A stretch of DNA of 64,000 nt, from the NCBI GenBank assembly GCA_047601445.1, contig JASGJH010000001.1:7808001-7872000 (forward strand), given 5' to 3'. The notes under the pieces were generated by a model. That model made no database searches. It was not told the DNA's origin and worked only from the letters and a program-made list of their open reading frames with translations. A program made the translations under genes and the position numbers. Below, in pieces: positions 63,152 to 64,000 of this stretch (the first letter of the stretch is position 1; the number at the start of each line of letters is the position of its first letter). This DNA is from Myxococcales bacterium. GTDB lineage: Bacteria > Myxococcota_A > Polyangia > Polyangiales > DASUME01.

Positions 63152-64000
63152 AACCAGGAGTCGTGGGAGGCTTTCCAAAGATGGCCTGGCGCACGGAAAC
63201 CAGGCGAGCGTCCTCGACCACCGTCCAGCCACCCTCGGCGCGGGCTCCGAGCGCTTCGAGTACGGGCGCCACGTCGGGAAAGGTCCGGTTCAAGCATTCG
63301 TCCGCCAGGCGTCTGAACACCGGGGTTCCTGCCAGGCGATCCAAGCGGGACAGGAGATCGTCGAGGGAGCTCATCTCGGCCTCCGAGCCTTCCCCTCGTC
63401 TCAACTCCGCCAGCACGGCATCCAGCGAGCGCTGACCCTGCGAGGCCTCTCGCAGCGCCACGTCGGCCATCAGGAAGAAGGCGGCTCCGGCCCAATACAC
63501 GGAGCGAAAGGCGTAGGTCTGGTGCATCGCGCGGCTCTCTTCGCGCAGTGTCCTTCCGGTCCCTTCTTGGGCCGCACTCTGCGTGGAACGCGCGATGTTG
63601 AGCAGGGCTTGCTGTTCGGAGAGCACGCCTCCGCGCGCCCGCAAAACCTCTTGGTAGTAGGTGGCCAGTCCTTCACTGAACCAGGCGTGTTCGCGCGCCA
63701 CGAACGGCAGGAACAAGTGACTCAGCTCATGGGGCAGCACCCAGTCGCTGTTCAAGCCCGCCAAGGTGGCGTTCTCCGAGACGAACAACAACACCGAGCC
63801 CGCGCCTCCGCGCGTCACGGACCCGAAAGCAACCGGCTCGGTCTCGCTGCCCGCAGGCAGCACCAGCGCGTGCAGGCGAACTGCGGGGAACCCACCTGGG
63901 CCCAAGCTAGCGAGCTCGATGGCGCTCCTCATCCATGCGCCCACGGTCTCTTCGTCCGGGGCCGTAGCCACGTCCATCAGGGCGGCTTCGAAGGGCACAC
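63141..64000 (-). CDS. Gluzincin-type metallopeptidase (5' end outside the window)
   Basis: PHELSHLF...WFSEGLATYY, VYWAGA. Confidence 0.75.
   Translation of the reverse strand, partial: VPFEAALMDVATAPDEETVGAWMRSAIELASLGPGGFPAVRLHALVLPAGSETEPVAFGSVTRGGAGSVLLFVSENATLAGLNSDWVLPHELSHLFLPFVAREHAWFSEGLATYYQEVLRARGGVLSEQQALLNIARSTQSAAQEGTGRTLREESRAMHQTYAFRSVYWAGAAFFLMADVALREASQGQRSLDAVLAELRRGEGSEAEMSSLDDLLSRLDRLAGTPVFRRLADECLNRTFPDVAPVLEALGARAEGGWTVVEDARLVSVRQAIFGKPPTTPGFRP

Overview
High-GC chromosomal window with no transposase, integrase, phage, tRNA/rRNA or CRISPR that I could recognise. Gene content suggests a myxobacterium (Myxococcota, probably Polyangiales-like); this is an inference from the FG-GAP/Cys-rich lipoprotein, Ser/Thr kinase with PEGA domain, VIT/vWA protein and receiver-DUF4388-TPR protein. 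Content in order: uppP, a methyltransferase, trpF, trpL-trpB-trpA, an orphan Anbu protease, an RND efflux operon with divergent MarR, dciA, aroA, a 1115-aa lipoprotein, a peptidase-XRE-rnd cluster, two PAS-GGDEF-EAL genes, fxsA, LysR plus leucine catabolism (mccB-mccA-ivd), a frameshifted aldehyde dehydrogenase, glmU, a heme operon ending in an ArsA-like ATPase, trxA, dut, pnp, rpsO, LytS/LytTR, signalling genes and a WbpD-WbpE-like fusion. The most notable signals lie outside the ORF track: (1) a complete, probably leaderless Trp leader peptide (MLQRTNQHRPAPAGLWWPR) with 1:2, 2:3 and 3:4 attenuator hairpins in front of trpBA; (2) a PNPase with a ~480-aa Arg/Glu mixed-charge repeat tail and a ~375-nt structured leader that hides its RBS; (3) a dispersed structured intergenic repeat with a compensatory base-pair change; (4) a 35-bp hairpin tandem repeat upstream of the leucine catabolism operon; (5) many -10 boxes 6-9 nt before start codons, suggesting widespread leaderless translation. 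All family calls are from motif recognition by eye, not from database searches.
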